A DNA stretch of 63,206 bases, counting the filler, from Reticulomyxa filosa (lineage: Eukaryota; Protista; Foraminifera): the NCBI GenBank assembly GCA_000512085.1. It is 9 parts of 9 records of this genome, joined end to end, with 100 filler letters (N's around TTAATTAATTAA, not from the genome) between each part and the next. Parts side by side here need not be neighbours in the genome. Positions count along the whole stretch, not along the records: positions 1 to 12,087 come from ASPP01000910.1; 8 more parts are not named here. One strand, 5' to 3'. Below are positions 1-12,187 of this stretch, piece by piece. Under the pieces are notes generated by a model, which did not search any database, had not been told where the DNA came from, and saw only the letters and a list, made by a program, of their open reading frames with translations. Numbering within the stretch: the first letter of the stretch is position 1; each line of letters begins with the position of its first letter. The position numbers and the translations under genes are program-made.

Positions 1-59
1 TTGCGAGATACTTGAAGTTTCAGTTGTATTATCGCGATGATCAATATGATTACGATATA

Positions 60-530
60 AAAATTTTTTTTTTTTTTTTTTTTTTTTTTGGATCAACCTG
101 ATCTCTATCCAAGACCAGATAAGGGTGCTGTATTCTTGAATGCCAATGGACTGAACACATTCTTTATGGAAGAATGGAACAGACATTGGACGAATGAAGG
201 AACTGAAATGAATCCAGGTAATTGAACTTGCTTTTGTTTGCACTTTTATGGCAAGGGCCAAAATCAGTGATGAGTGAAAGATGAAGCAAGGAGTAGTCTG
301 ACACCTTCACACCCTCCCTGTGCAAAAACCTTAAAAAAAAAAAAAAAAATCTCATCCGATGATAATGTGTTCAGTTATTTGCTCGAATGCTTGGATGTTA
401 AATTGCTTACACTGCATACTTCAATAGAAACTGCAGAACAATAACGATTTCTTTTGATCAAGGCAAGAGATTTCCACCCAAATACATTAAATACTCCAGA
501 TCTCACTCCAGTTATGAACATAAAGATACT
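60..530 (+). mobile_element. Possible decayed 3' portion of a non-LTR retrotransposon ORF2
   Basis: Broken coding-like fragment DQPDLYPRPDKGAVFLNANGLNTFFMEEWNRHWTNEG, next to clear RT remnants. No diagnostic motif, so the call is tentative. Confidence 0.3.
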
Positions 531-650
531 GTAAATTATAATCGATATCCTTCTTCTTTGATATAATGTAAGTTTTGCTCTAATATTTGGGATTTGGAAT
601 AGAATTCGTTGATATTATTCTGAAATATCAATAGACTACTGATCGTTGGT

Positions 651-740
651 TTCCTGGCCTTTGTGGGCCTTTTCGTTGATTTCCGGACCTTTGTGGGCCT
701 TTTCGTTAGTTTTCGGACCTCCGTAGGCTTCTTGCGTGTT
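651..740. repeat. 30-bp tandem repeat, about 3 copies (ttccggacctttgtgggccttttcgttgat consensus)
   Basis: Units at 651-680, 681-710 and a diverged unit at 711-740. On the minus strand they read KKPTEVRKLT/KRPTKVRKST/KRPTKARKPT. Confidence 0.85.
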
Positions 741-1244
741 TTTAGCACTAGTCCGAAAACATTTATTAATGAGATGCCGACCCGCGATTGAGGATGTATT
801 TTGGCATTTTTGCTAATCCCTTTCGCTTCGGCATTTGCCAATGATGGAAAAAAAAATATCAAGCCCCCTCATAATCATTGGCAGTCAATAGCCAAAAACA
901 GGGGTAAAAAGCCAGCGCTCTAGGGAATGGGCACAATGTCCAAAATACATCTCCCATGGCGGCATGGCGACCATTTTCAAAATCATTTCAAAAAAAAAAC
1001 AAATTTTCTCGCGTATGGCAAATGCGTTTTATCGTGTCCGAGGTCCCTCAAACACCAAAGAAGCACACAAATGTTGTTTTGTGTTGTCCAATCCCTCGAA
1101 TGCGACTTACAGATGCAAAGTTGGCACTGAAAGCATGCAATAAATTTTGCGTAAGGAAAAATTTTTTTTTTCAGATTTCAAATTTATTTTGGTTTGTTTT
1201 AGTTAATTTGTGGGTTGTTTTTGTTAGAAATTTTTTATATTGTC

Positions 1245-2170
1245 CTTTCTTAGTCCATCTCTAAACACTATCATATGCTGAAGATATGTCCAACAATACA
1301 GCGTATGACACTCAATTGTTATCGAAAGATGAATAAATTGATTCAGTCATTCGCAATAACAATTCTGATTTGTTGTGCCAATATTGGAATCCTGCTTGAC
1401 ACTGTTAATAGTTTGTTCTCATTTACATACCACATTAATCTCGTTGTAATGATCATTTCCAATAATTTCCCAACTTCAGATAATAATGAGATTTGTCTGT
1501 AATTCTTGCAAATACTGTAATCTCAGTCTGGTTTTGTGATCTTTACAATGTTTGCTATCTTCCATTGTATATACACTCCTTAATAATATGCTTCGATTTG
1601 TTTGAGAATTTGCAATTTCTCGCTTTCTCATTGCTATTTTCTCTTCGACATAATCTTGTCTAAAGATAGGACATACTGTAATATTATCTTTGTGATCTTG
1701 TTTTCATCATTGCAATTCTCTTTTTGCGCTTTTGTCGTGAATTAAATTGACCTGCAATTAGTTTCAATTATCCATTTTCACTTGATTGCTGAAATGCACA
1801 AATCGCGTTTTCCATGACTGATAGAACTTGTTTGTTTTCGATTTCTTTACAAATCCTTGTTCATTAATTCCAATGAATTTCAAGATTGATTTTTGTGATA
1901 TCAATTCTCTTCCATTTACTAGTGTGAAAACTAAAGAATGTCTTGTTTTACAAAAATAATTTTTGAGCACCTTTTTGTTTTCTTTCTAAATTTTTTCATA
2001 ATTTAATTCTTTTTCTTTAATTTCTGCTATTTTCAATTCTTGATTTATTTCTTTTTGCAATATTTGAATTCTTGGTTTTTATTTAGTTTTTCAAGTTCAT
2101 TTTCATCATTTGTGGTCTTGCGCTCTTGAGATTGTCACGTCTTGCAGTTTGATTTCCACTTATTGCCTTC
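1245..2170 (-). mobile_element. Degenerate, internally deleted non-LTR retrotransposon (RT fragment at about 1250-1570 plus an upstream ORF1-like remnant)
   Basis: Minus-strand translation: QWKIANIVKITKPD*DYSICKNYRQISLLSEVGKLLEMIITTRL..QAGFQ..LLLRMTESIYSSFD..AVLLDISSAYDSV*RDGL. This matches the N-terminal motifs of LINE-type RT, with stops. The ORF1 assignment of 1600-2170 is weak. Confidence 0.85.
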
Positions 2171-2299
2171 TACAAAAAATTTTTAATACCACAATAAAAA
2201 ACCTATTATTGCTCTTGATGAAAAAAAATCAAATAAATTTTTCTTAATATCTTATGTACTGATATCCCAAAATAAACTTCAAATCTTGAAAGATGCCGA

Positions 2300-3995
2300 A
2301 ATATCTTGACCCGACCATCTCCCAATCTCATTCTATATTATAGCAGACTGTTCGTTATCCAAGATCGAGAAACATAGAATTGAAACTTGGAATCTGATTA
2401 TTGAAAAATGGGAAGTATTTCTCCATGCATTGGCAGACATACTGCAAGAATGGTGACAATCACTGCCACAATATCTTTTCAATTACCCACACATGTTGGA
2501 TATAGCAGTCGGACAATGGACAGAATGCGTTGTAGATGTTGGAAAAGCCACGATCGGAACAAATGATTTACAAAAGAAACAAACCTTGGTAGAGTGACTT
2601 ACTGCATAGGAAACGCAAGAAAGTCCATTGAAGAGGACATTTCGAAGGAGTCACACTCAAGATAACTACGAAAGATACAAGCAAGAAGCATATGCCTTGA
2701 GAAGGAAATTGAGACTAGAAAAGCAGGAGTACATGATTAAGAATATAGAGTCGATGAAAGAATGGAATTCGAACCACCTCTTTTCCCAATTCAGATGGAT
2801 GATCACGAACAAAATATCCATCATCCAGCCCTGATCTATCCTAATAACAATGAAATAGCTAAACAGATTCGGATAAGTCATAGTGATTTGTTGTTCGCAC
2901 AACCTCCACATCACACCGAAGAAACGAATGAATTTTATCAGCTCGTTGAAGGTGACATTTCATCTATTGTGGGAATATCAAGAAAATATGAAGTCAATAC
3001 TCATTCTCCTTGTCTATTCGATCTGCACCAAGGACCAATTACGGAATAATATATTATTGAAGCACTGACTCACATCTCATTGAATAAAGCGCAAGGAAGA
3101 TGCTGAATAATGGAGGACATTGTATCATTGATTTTCTCGTGCTATTATTCAATTGGAGTTTCAAGATTAATTTTTTTCCTAAAAAGTGAAATATAGCTAA
3201 TTTTGACCAATCCCAAAGTTGGATCTTAATCACAGTATATGCAAAAACTTTAGACCCATTGCACTTCTTTCTGGAGTTAGAAAGCTGTTATAAAGTATTA
3301 TTGCAATTATATTAATATAGTTTTTGAATGAATATCATTTTTTGAACCAGTGTCAAGCGTAATTTCAATCGTGACATAACACATCCGAATTCTCTTGCAA
3401 TTAACGTAATCAATTTATGCTTCATTTGACAAGAACTCAGTCACCACTCAATGTTGCTGGATATTTCTTCGACAAGATACAAGATGAGACTAGAATTCAA
3501 TATCAATGGAAAGCTATATTGATTGCTCGATAATTCCCTGAAAGAAAGAGTATGTCAATTAGTCTTGAATTGAATCAGCTTAGCTCAGATGTTATTCGAG
3601 ACTGGAGTCCAACATGTATCACCACTATCACTTCTTTTATTCTTGATATCATCAACGATATAATCCAAGTATTCAAAGTCCGATATAATATGAGATGTTC
3701 GCTGATGATGTCGCATTGTTGACTTCTATTTTCACAAACGATTATAATAAAATGTAGTGACATTTGGAGTCATTACAGACAAACTTGGACGAATTGTTCT
3801 GTTGGCATCGAAATAGAAACTCCTCTTAGCTGCAGATAAGACACAATGTATTACATTCAGGAAAAAGAACAAAGTCAAGTATCCGAAGATGTAACTATAT
3901 CTCAATCACTATAAAGTAAAAGAGGATGACCATGTCAAATACTTAGTACTCATCATCGACTACAAACTTACGTATCGACAACAAACATATCAACT
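2300..3995 (+). mobile_element. Degenerate non-LTR (LINE) retrotransposon ORF2 with RT domain
   Basis: Colinear fragments: KPW*S, RYKQEAYALRRKLRLEKQ, PIPK..KNFRPIALLSGVRKLL, GVQHVSPLSLLLF (decayed GVPQGS), MFADDVAL (catalytic YxDD equivalent), VKYLVLIIDYKLTY. Many stops and frameshifts. Confidence 0.9.
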
Positions 3996-4908
3996 ACGTA
4001 TACTGATTATGCCGCATCAATATCCAAAGATATTCTTACATGACTTAATCAATGCACAGTCATTTGAAAAGATTGTTTTGCACATACTAGAATTGCGTAA
4101 AATGAAAATCTTGTCTCGAATTATCACATGCAAAGTGTGATTAAATGGATACCTGTTTAAGATTAAAGACCACACACTCCATACTGCATGTAGTTTAAAG
4201 AAGAAACAGTTTATCACATCAATTAAAGTATTGCTACCTGTCTAATTATCTTGCAACTTCACAAGTCTTTATCTTCAAAATACAACTTTTTTGGCAAAAT
4301 TTAATATCAATTATTAATTTATTGAAATAAATTTTTTTCTTTGACCTTTTCCTAGCTCTTCTGACATCATTGCTCTTTTTCTTATTTTTCAGTCGTTACC
4401 CTTTTATTGATTTTCTGTCCTTAAATGCACGTGTGACTTCGTTAATTTATATCAATCCTTAGTTTTAAAATTGATTTTCTTCATATTATTGCCAAATTCT
4501 TTTATGTGTATCCAATATATATCTTCAAAACAAGTAAATAATAAAATAATTCACTAAATACAGTAGTAGAAACAATGAAAGCAATTGAACAAAATTTTCA
4601 AGTATCTTCTCACTTTGGTAATATTTGATGTAGTGATGCCCTACATTGGAGTGCAATGCGTTAAATTATTGAACTACTGATCATAGTTCTAATCTGTTTC
4701 CCGACTACACTGAGTATGTAAATCGAAAAATAGTTTATACAGCTATTTAGATAATCTAGTTGTCCAAATGTTCTCTGTTAAACTTTCCATTCATGCAAAG
4801 GTCTTCAAAATCTTAAATTTGTGTGTATTTAATTTGTGGCAAAGTCAAGTAGAAGTCCTTTAAGGAACGAAAGTCTTTGTTGGGCCTGAGAATTTGTTGT
4901 AATTTGCG

Positions 4909-7022
4909 ATGACATCAAAAAAAGAGATCATTTCTTTAGACGGCAATTCCTTAACGCCTGAACTGTTATGTCGTGTTGGATATGACTCAACAGTAAGAAG
5001 TAATTTGTTTGTGTTGCCCTACCTGCTGCGAACAACAAATAAAACACTAGGTAAAAGTAGAATTAACAAAATCGTCCTGGGAACGTGTAAAAGCAGGAAG
5101 AAAAGTGGTGGACGACAAAGTGGACAAAAAAGAAGTAACGTATGGAATAAACACAGGTTTTGGTTTATTCAGTAATATAAGCATCCCGGAACATGACTTA
5201 AAACAACTGCAATTAAATTTAATTCGCAGCCATGCATGCGGTCAAGGAGCGTATCTGACAGTACCACTGACCAGAATGCTGCTAGCATTACGAATCAATA
5301 CTCTAGCCAAGGGACATAGTGGTGTTTCGTGTGAAACGTTACAACAATTAGTAGATGCTTTAAATCTTAATTGCATCTCTTGTGTGCCAACCCAAGTAGG
5401 TTCTGTTCATAATTTACGTGTAGAAGCCTTTTGGTCTCATCTCCTGCATTTATTTATTTTGTTTTTGATTAGGGAACTGTTGGAGCAAGTGGTGATTTGG
5501 CACCTTTAGCCCATTTGGTTTTGGGATTGCTAGGCGAAGGAGAAATGTGGGATACTGAGAAGACTTTTCCGACACCGGCACAAGCATCAGTTGTTCTAAA
5601 AAAACATAACCTAAAAATATTGGATTTGAAAGCAAAAGAAGGATTGGCATTAATCAATGGGACCCAATTTATCACTGGACTTGGCTGTGTATGAGCATTA
5701 TTTGTATTTTTATCTGAAATATTGTACATACTAATGATACGTATATGTCATTTAAGAATAACACACGCTGTTATCAAATAAATAAAGGAAGCACTAGTCC
5801 GTGCTGAGAAATTGGCTCGACAAGCTGACGTCATTGCTGCCATGTTAACAAATACAAACTACTTCTATTTCAATATCTTTTATTGCTATTGTGTGATCCA
5901 CGTTCTTAAAAAAAAGGTCTTTGGAAGCTTTGCGAGGAACAGTTCGTGCGTTTGATGACAAAATTCATTTGACAAGAGTTTTGTGCAAGTATTAATCAAT
6001 CATTTTTTTATATATTTGTTTGCGATTGTGCATTTTGTGACGCAATAGCCTCACAATGGACAAATTTTGTCTGCAACGAGAATTCGACATCTACTTCACA
6101 CAAAAGCAAATCCAAGTGAAATATCACTCTCCCACGCTAATTGTGGGTCTGTTCAAGATGCATACACATTACGATGTGTTCCTCAAGTCCATGGCATAGT
6201 CCTCGATACATTAGCCTTTGTTCGCAAAATACTTACCACTGAAATTAACAGTGCAACTGATAATCCCATGATTTTTTGCAAATCATGGTATGAACAATTG
6301 GAAAAAGATGACATAATCAGTGGTGGAAATTTCCATGGCGAATATCCTGCCAAAGTGTTGGATTTTTTAGCTATTGCAGTACACGAATTAGGGAACATAA
6401 GTGAGAGACGAATTGAACGATTAAATAACCCTGATTTGTCACATTTACCTGCATTTTTAGTCAAAAATGGGGGCCTGAACTCAGGTATTGTTTTCTTTCC
6501 TTTCCCTCTTCTTAGATACGTTTTTTTGTTACAATATTTTTGGAAAAGGTTTCATGTTGGCACATTGCACGGCGGCATCTTTGGTGAGCGAAAACAAAGT
6601 ATTGTGTCATCCTTCTTCTATTGATTCCTTGTCAACCAGCGGAGCAAAAGAAGATCATGTGTCCATGGGAGGATTTGCTGCAAGAAAAGCTTTGGAAGTG
6701 GTTGGAAATGTCGAGAAAATATTGGGCATCGAATTGTTATGTGCTTGCCAAGGAATTGATTTGCTTAGTCCGTTGAAATCAACCCGGTCATTGCAACAAG
6801 TTCATGAGATTGTGCGAAAAGTTTAGTTGTTTATGTGTATCGATGTCTTTTTTTGAAAATAGTAAATAAAAATTGAACTTACAGAAAATTCCGACATTAG
6901 AAAAAGACCGATATATGAAACCAGATATAGACATAGTAGTAGAAATGATAAGGTATCAAGAAATATGGAATGCTGTAAAGGAACATTTACCCCAAGAAGT
7001 TTCCAGAGCATCCAAATTGTAA
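4909..7022 (+). CDS. HAL: Histidine ammonia-lyase (histidase), 8 exons
   Basis: Exons 4909-4992, 5051-5395, 5473-5688, 5788-5843, 5917-5977, 6049-6484, 6549-6820, 6885-7022, all with GT-AG introns. Motifs: [19 protein letters not shown]-forming [48 protein letters not shown]. Ends ...VSRASKL*. Confidence 0.96.
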
Positions 7023-7314
7023 ACAATATCTCCTGATTTACTCTCAATTTCCTTTTTGGTCGGAAAAACCCTTCTTCCAAAAAATATAAATTTTGACTGC
7101 ATTTTTATGGATTTTTTGGTTGTATGAAAAAGTGGCAATTGAGCATACAAAAAATGCGAACAAAATTAAATCCATAACGTGAGTATCTTACATGTTTATC
7201 TTAACAACCGTTACTCCCAAAAAACTCTCGACGGGATGCAAGCAATAAATACAACTTACAACCAATACATTTAACATTTATAATTTTTTTTTTTTTTGCA
7301 TATGTCCAGATTTC

Positions 7315-7950
7315 CTCTTATTCAACCAAGATAACATCTTCATCGATAGTTGGTAAACTTGCAAGCATCTATTATTTAAAAAATCAAATTAACAACTTTC
7401 TTTCATTGCCTCGAAAGAATTATAATTTTGTGAATATAATAAACTGAAGAGATATCAATCTCTAGAAGGTCAGAAGTGCATTGCTCCATAATAGTTTGTG
7501 ATGTCACTGAAGTATTACGTTTGTTCAAATCTTGGATACATCTAATAATTTTTTTTTTTAAATCGTAGCGATTTTGATAATACTCTTTGTCTCCTATGGC
7601 TTCTATCTGTTTTTGTAAAGTGTTGTTACCAGTAAATTTGTTGAAGCAATCAATACAAGAAATTGCAGATTAACTCTAAATTCGCGATAATAAAACTTGA
7701 CCTTCAGAGGATTTCTGCAATTTTTTTTAGCTTTCTTGTAGAAAAAATCATGAATGTTTTGTGTATCGTTGCAATCATCATCTTTCAATTGATATATCAA
7801 TGCAGAAAAATAATTGGTTAAAATACTGCCCGAGCCAAGGGAATTCAATAACTTCAGCATTTGGCTTGAAGAAACAGGCACAAATTTGGTTAAATTAGAG
7901 ACAGATAAGGACACATTGCAGGTTAAAGATGAGAATAAGCTTTGCATTTC
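7315..7950 (-). CDS. Hypothetical multi-exon protein, possibly with a C-terminal winged-helix-like segment
   Basis: ORF 7603-7956 splices (aag|gtcaag ... aacag|ata) into an open frame IEAIGDKEYYQNRYDLKKKIIRCIQDLNKRNTSVTSQTIMEQC. No family recognised. Confidence 0.35.
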
Positions 7951-8287
7951 TCGCAAGATGTTGATCGAGTGTTTCGCGTTTTGACGGGAGATTTAAAACT
8001 GAATCTTCTGGTTTTAACTGAATCCGTCGCAAAAGTTTTACGGCTGTTTGAGTTGTGATCGAAGAAAAACAAAGTTTGATATCAATAGCTTTTAAAGTTT
8101 AATTAAGAATTAAAAACAAGTTGGTATTTTTCATTAAAAACGTTTAACATTTGCAGAAGCTAATGTGAAGCAAAAGCGCTGAAGATAATGCAAATATCAA
8201 TTCACAAGTGTGAAATTTTGAACAAAAAAAGTTATGTATTTACTTATTGAGTTGAATTATATTATTTGCAGCAATAAAAAGAAATTA

Positions 8288-8985
8288 TTATGTCTTTGGC
8301 GCATCAGACTGTTTTTCAAGTTTCAATTGTTTGGTAGCAGCGGCAGTTTTCAATTTGTTCAAACCAGCAATACGAGATACCTTGGTTAATTTGGCCAGCC
8401 TAGCAAACATTTTTAATTTGGCTACAGTTGATTCACTAACTTTGGTGTTGAATCTTTGATCTAGTACTTGCATTTCTCTCAAAGCTCGCGCTACATTAAA
8501 CCGCAATTCATGAAATTTTTCAATAGCGCATTCCATGTGAATAATACGCCCATCAGACAACTCCCAGCTGTGCAGGTTTTAAGTTTTTTTGTTAAAATAA
8601 AAAAATAAAACAAAGGCTAAAACCTGAGTGATAGCTGCGGCTGCCAAACTTTTTTCAACTGCGAATTACTGATAACAATATCCAATCTCCATTTTAGATC
8701 GGTGTAATGAGGATAAGAGACAAAGCCAAAAGCAGCATTGTGTTGATACAGCTCTTGATTGATAAATGTGCGATGTTTTTTGATTACTTTTATTAACAAT
8801 TGAATTTTTTCTGATTGAATTTCTGCACTCTCTAATTCTCGTATCATCGTTTCCTCTGTTTTGGTGTTACCATACACGCGATAACCCAGTCGAATTAAAT
8901 CTGCCAATATCACGTTATTGCCTTGCTGGCACAATACTTCTATTTCGTTTTCTTTTCGGTCCTTTTTTGTTTGATCATTTATCAT
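8288..8985 (-). CDS. COMMD5: COMM domain-containing protein 5 (Commander/CCC complex), 2 exons
   Basis: Exons 8985-8624 and 8567-8288 join in frame (642 nt). COMM domain LKWRLDIVISNSQLKKVWQPQLSLSWELSDGRIIHMECAIEKFHELRFNVARALREM resembles COMMD5. Confidence 0.85.
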
Positions 8986-9792
8986 TTATTCGTTTATTCG
9001 CCATTTATTATTTGTTTTGACAAACAAATTACTAAACACGTTCATCGATGTTTGTTATGGTGTCTGAAATAAGTGAAAGAATTTCTTTGAACTGCTGTGG
9101 AGAAAGGTCCTTTTTAAACGTTATTTACACAAACAATCATTTCATTTAGTTTTTTCCCTTTATATTCTTTATTTTTTTGTTTACATTTAAATACTTCACA
9201 AACGACTGCAGTTTCTTGGGTTGGTTCCAAAATAACGGGACAAAAAACGCGTCAGAATTCAAAACATCCTTTTTCTCTGCCGCTTTTGGGACTCGTTTGC
9301 TCATTATCTTTGACAATTTTTAAACACTATTAGTTTACAAAATGTATCCTTTCCTTTCAAGAAAAAAACACTCAGTGAACTACTGCTGTGTCTGTTGTTG
9401 ACAAGTAACTTGAAACAATCTTAAATGTTTAACGGAGGTTTGGCTAAGACAACAAGAGCTAACAAAAAATAGAGAGAAAAATGTCATAAATTAAGACACT
9501 GCTGGCTCCAAATTAAAGTAAGTTTTAATCCTCTTTCAAGAAGCAAATACTGATGTAACTCTAGAATGATAATATGATAAACTTTCATTGAGTCCTAATT
9601 TTCGAAGGGCAGTTCGCACAGGTTGTAATTTTTTAAAGTGAAGCAGACTCTGGGAAAATTTGTCTCAAACGTTTGTTTCGCGTTTTTGAAAAATCTTTTA
9701 ACATACATGTTTAAACACTTACAGAATTAGAAAAGGATCAGAAAAACAAATAAGAATAACGAAAAAGAAAAACGAGCGACCCCATACAAAAG

Positions 9793-11109
9793 CTAAGAAT
9801 TGGGACACTTGGCTTTTGTGATCCACTTTTCATTAGTGATTTTGACACAACTAGCCTTCAAAGTAAAAGCAAGCATGGACTTATCTTGCAAAGGTTCAGA
9901 CATTTCCAAGGCTTTGAGTTTGTCGGAAAACATGGCCTCCTGAGTAGAGTTGAAATACAACTTTGTCAAAGTAACTTTTTTTTGGAGGATGTCAACATCA
10001 ATCCGAATGCGATTGGTGTCATAGGATGTAATTGCGTCTGCAGCGTCGGTTATTACTATTGAGAGAGAACGAAGAACAATAACAAAGGAGAATTTGGAGT
10101 GACATTGTCACGTGTGGCAAACAAGACAAACGAACAGACAAACAAATAACATGGCAAATGCCATCGAAATAAAGTGTCGCGTTCGCGTTTGTGTGTAAAA
10201 GGATACAAATCGCCGTCGTCGTACGTAACCCAAGTACGTTTTCCATCGACGTCACTGCCACCCAAATTGGCAGTGTATTGAAAAGACGAATAGTCGTAAG
10301 GTATAAATGCAATGCCTACATGAGATCCTTGAGTGTCTAAGCTGTACATATTCACGATACAAGAAAATTTTAGTTCTTCGTAGTCGTTATGATTGGATAC
10401 AACATTGTTATTATTATTATTATTATTGATGTTGTCATTGCCGTTATCCACACTTTTCCTTTCTTTTCCTTCCTCGTCTGTCTTGCCACTCTTTTGCGGA
10501 TCCAAAAACTCCAAGTCAAAGGCTTTACCAAACGATATGGTCGCCCAATCCCCATTGAATATATACGCCGTTGTTCCATTGTCTGAAACTTCGATCGGCG
10601 AAGAGTTGGCATTGAATTTCCATTCTTATTTTTATTTGTTTGTTTCCTCATTTGCTCATATATCATATATGCTTGTACAGAGGAAAGACAAAGCAATGCC
10701 GCAAACCTGAAGAAGCACAATATTTTATAATGATTGGAAACAAATCGTCTGGAAATAATGGTATGTCATACATGTTTATCCAATAATTCAACAATTTGCT
10801 CAATCGAAGTCTCTCATACATTGGCATTTCATCATTTCCGCTTTTCATAATTATCGATCGCAATGCTTCCGTCATCACTTCTTTTTGTGTTATATTTTCT
10901 GTTAATGTCAATCTTGTCGATTTCGACAAAGACAAATTTTCATTTAATCCGTTCTCTCGTTCATCATTCTCGTTAAAAAATATTTCATTTACATCTTGAA
11001 TCACGCTGTTTTTTGGCTTTGTGAAAGAAATGGTCTTTGTTACCGGGTTTTCCCAGTATGCCATGCCACTACAAATATCCACATGTTCTACCCACACTTG
11101 TTGAGCCAT
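9793..11109 (-). CDS. WW-domain protein with F-box-like motif and C-terminal beta-rich (SPRY-like) region, multi-exon
   Basis: N-terminal WVEHVDICSGMAYWENPVTKTISFTKP is a WW domain. It is followed by FPDDLFPIIIKY and a beta-strand-rich region (VGIAFIP, RIRIDVDILQKKVTL). Ends KCPNS-TAG at 9793-9795. Confidence 0.6.
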
Positions 11110-11724
11110 TCTTATATCTTGATGCTTCTGATTTTAATGTAGTCCTTGTCCTATATCATTTTAGACCCTTCAAAAAAAAGGGGCCACTTGCTAACAAAGC
11201 AAGAACCCAAAAAAAATGTTTCGTTTATCGATATTAATAAATGGGTTGGTGTGAAGCACAATTTCATGTTTATTCTTGACAGATTGAAATATCAAATTGC
11301 CGAAGTGCAGCAAAAATTTTTTTTTGATAAAAAATTGATAATGATAATTATCTTTACTATCCGGACAGTATCATATCAACTCTTTTTCACGAGATTCCAA
11401 ATTGGTTTCTTGCTCAATGCTTTCTATCTAAAACCAGTTGTAATAATCAAGAAATTTGAATTATTTTAAACAGTCAATATTTTTTGCATAAAAATATAAT
11501 ACAAACGATCGATAGATTGCAGATTTTTGATAGTTAACTTGATGGTTTTGTAATTAAAAAAAACAACTTTGTTTTCAATTTTTTTGAAACAACAAATCAA
11601 AATAAAACAAATCCTTCAACGCTTGCATTCAATCAAATCAAACAAGTTTAATATCACTTTATTTTTCTTTAATCAAACTTTTCAAACAAAAAAAATACTT
11701 TTATTTCTTATTTCATAAAACATA

Positions 11725-12087
11725 AAATTATCCACAAATTAAATTTGACCTTTGCATGAACCATAACACAAATTCAAATTATATTCGATATTCTTTTTCT
11801 CCTTTTTCTTTTTCAATCTAATAAATTTAAGACCAAGTATTCCATCATATTCGTTATCATTTCCTTTAATTATATATAATTCATTCTTATTTGATCGAAT
11901 ATCCCAAAAACGAATTGTATTATCAAGTGATCCAGAACATACCACATTCGAATTAACAATATTATTCTTTATTATAAATGGTACATATTCAACAGACCAT
12001 ACATAATCTTCATGTCCATTGAACACTTGAATTTGTTTACCATATCGAATATCCTACAAACGAACACTTTTATCTTTTGATCCAGAT
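11725..12087 (-). pseudogene. WD40-repeat protein pseudogene (C-terminal repeats, cut by the contig end)
   Basis: SGSKDKSVRL*DIR..FNGHEDYVWSVEY..CSGSLDNTIRFWDIRS. The conserved WD tryptophan codon is TAG at 12054-12056. Confidence 0.85.
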
Positions 12088-12187
12088 NNNNNNNNNNNNN
12101 NNNNNNNNNNNNNNNNNNNNNNNNNNNNNNNTTAATTAATTAANNNNNNNNNNNNNNNNNNNNNNNNNNNNNNNNNNNNNNNNNNNN
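12088..12187. other. Artificial contig linker N44-TTAATTAATTAA-N44
   Basis: Identical 100-bp all-frame-stop spacer, repeated 8 times in the window. Confidence 0.99.
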
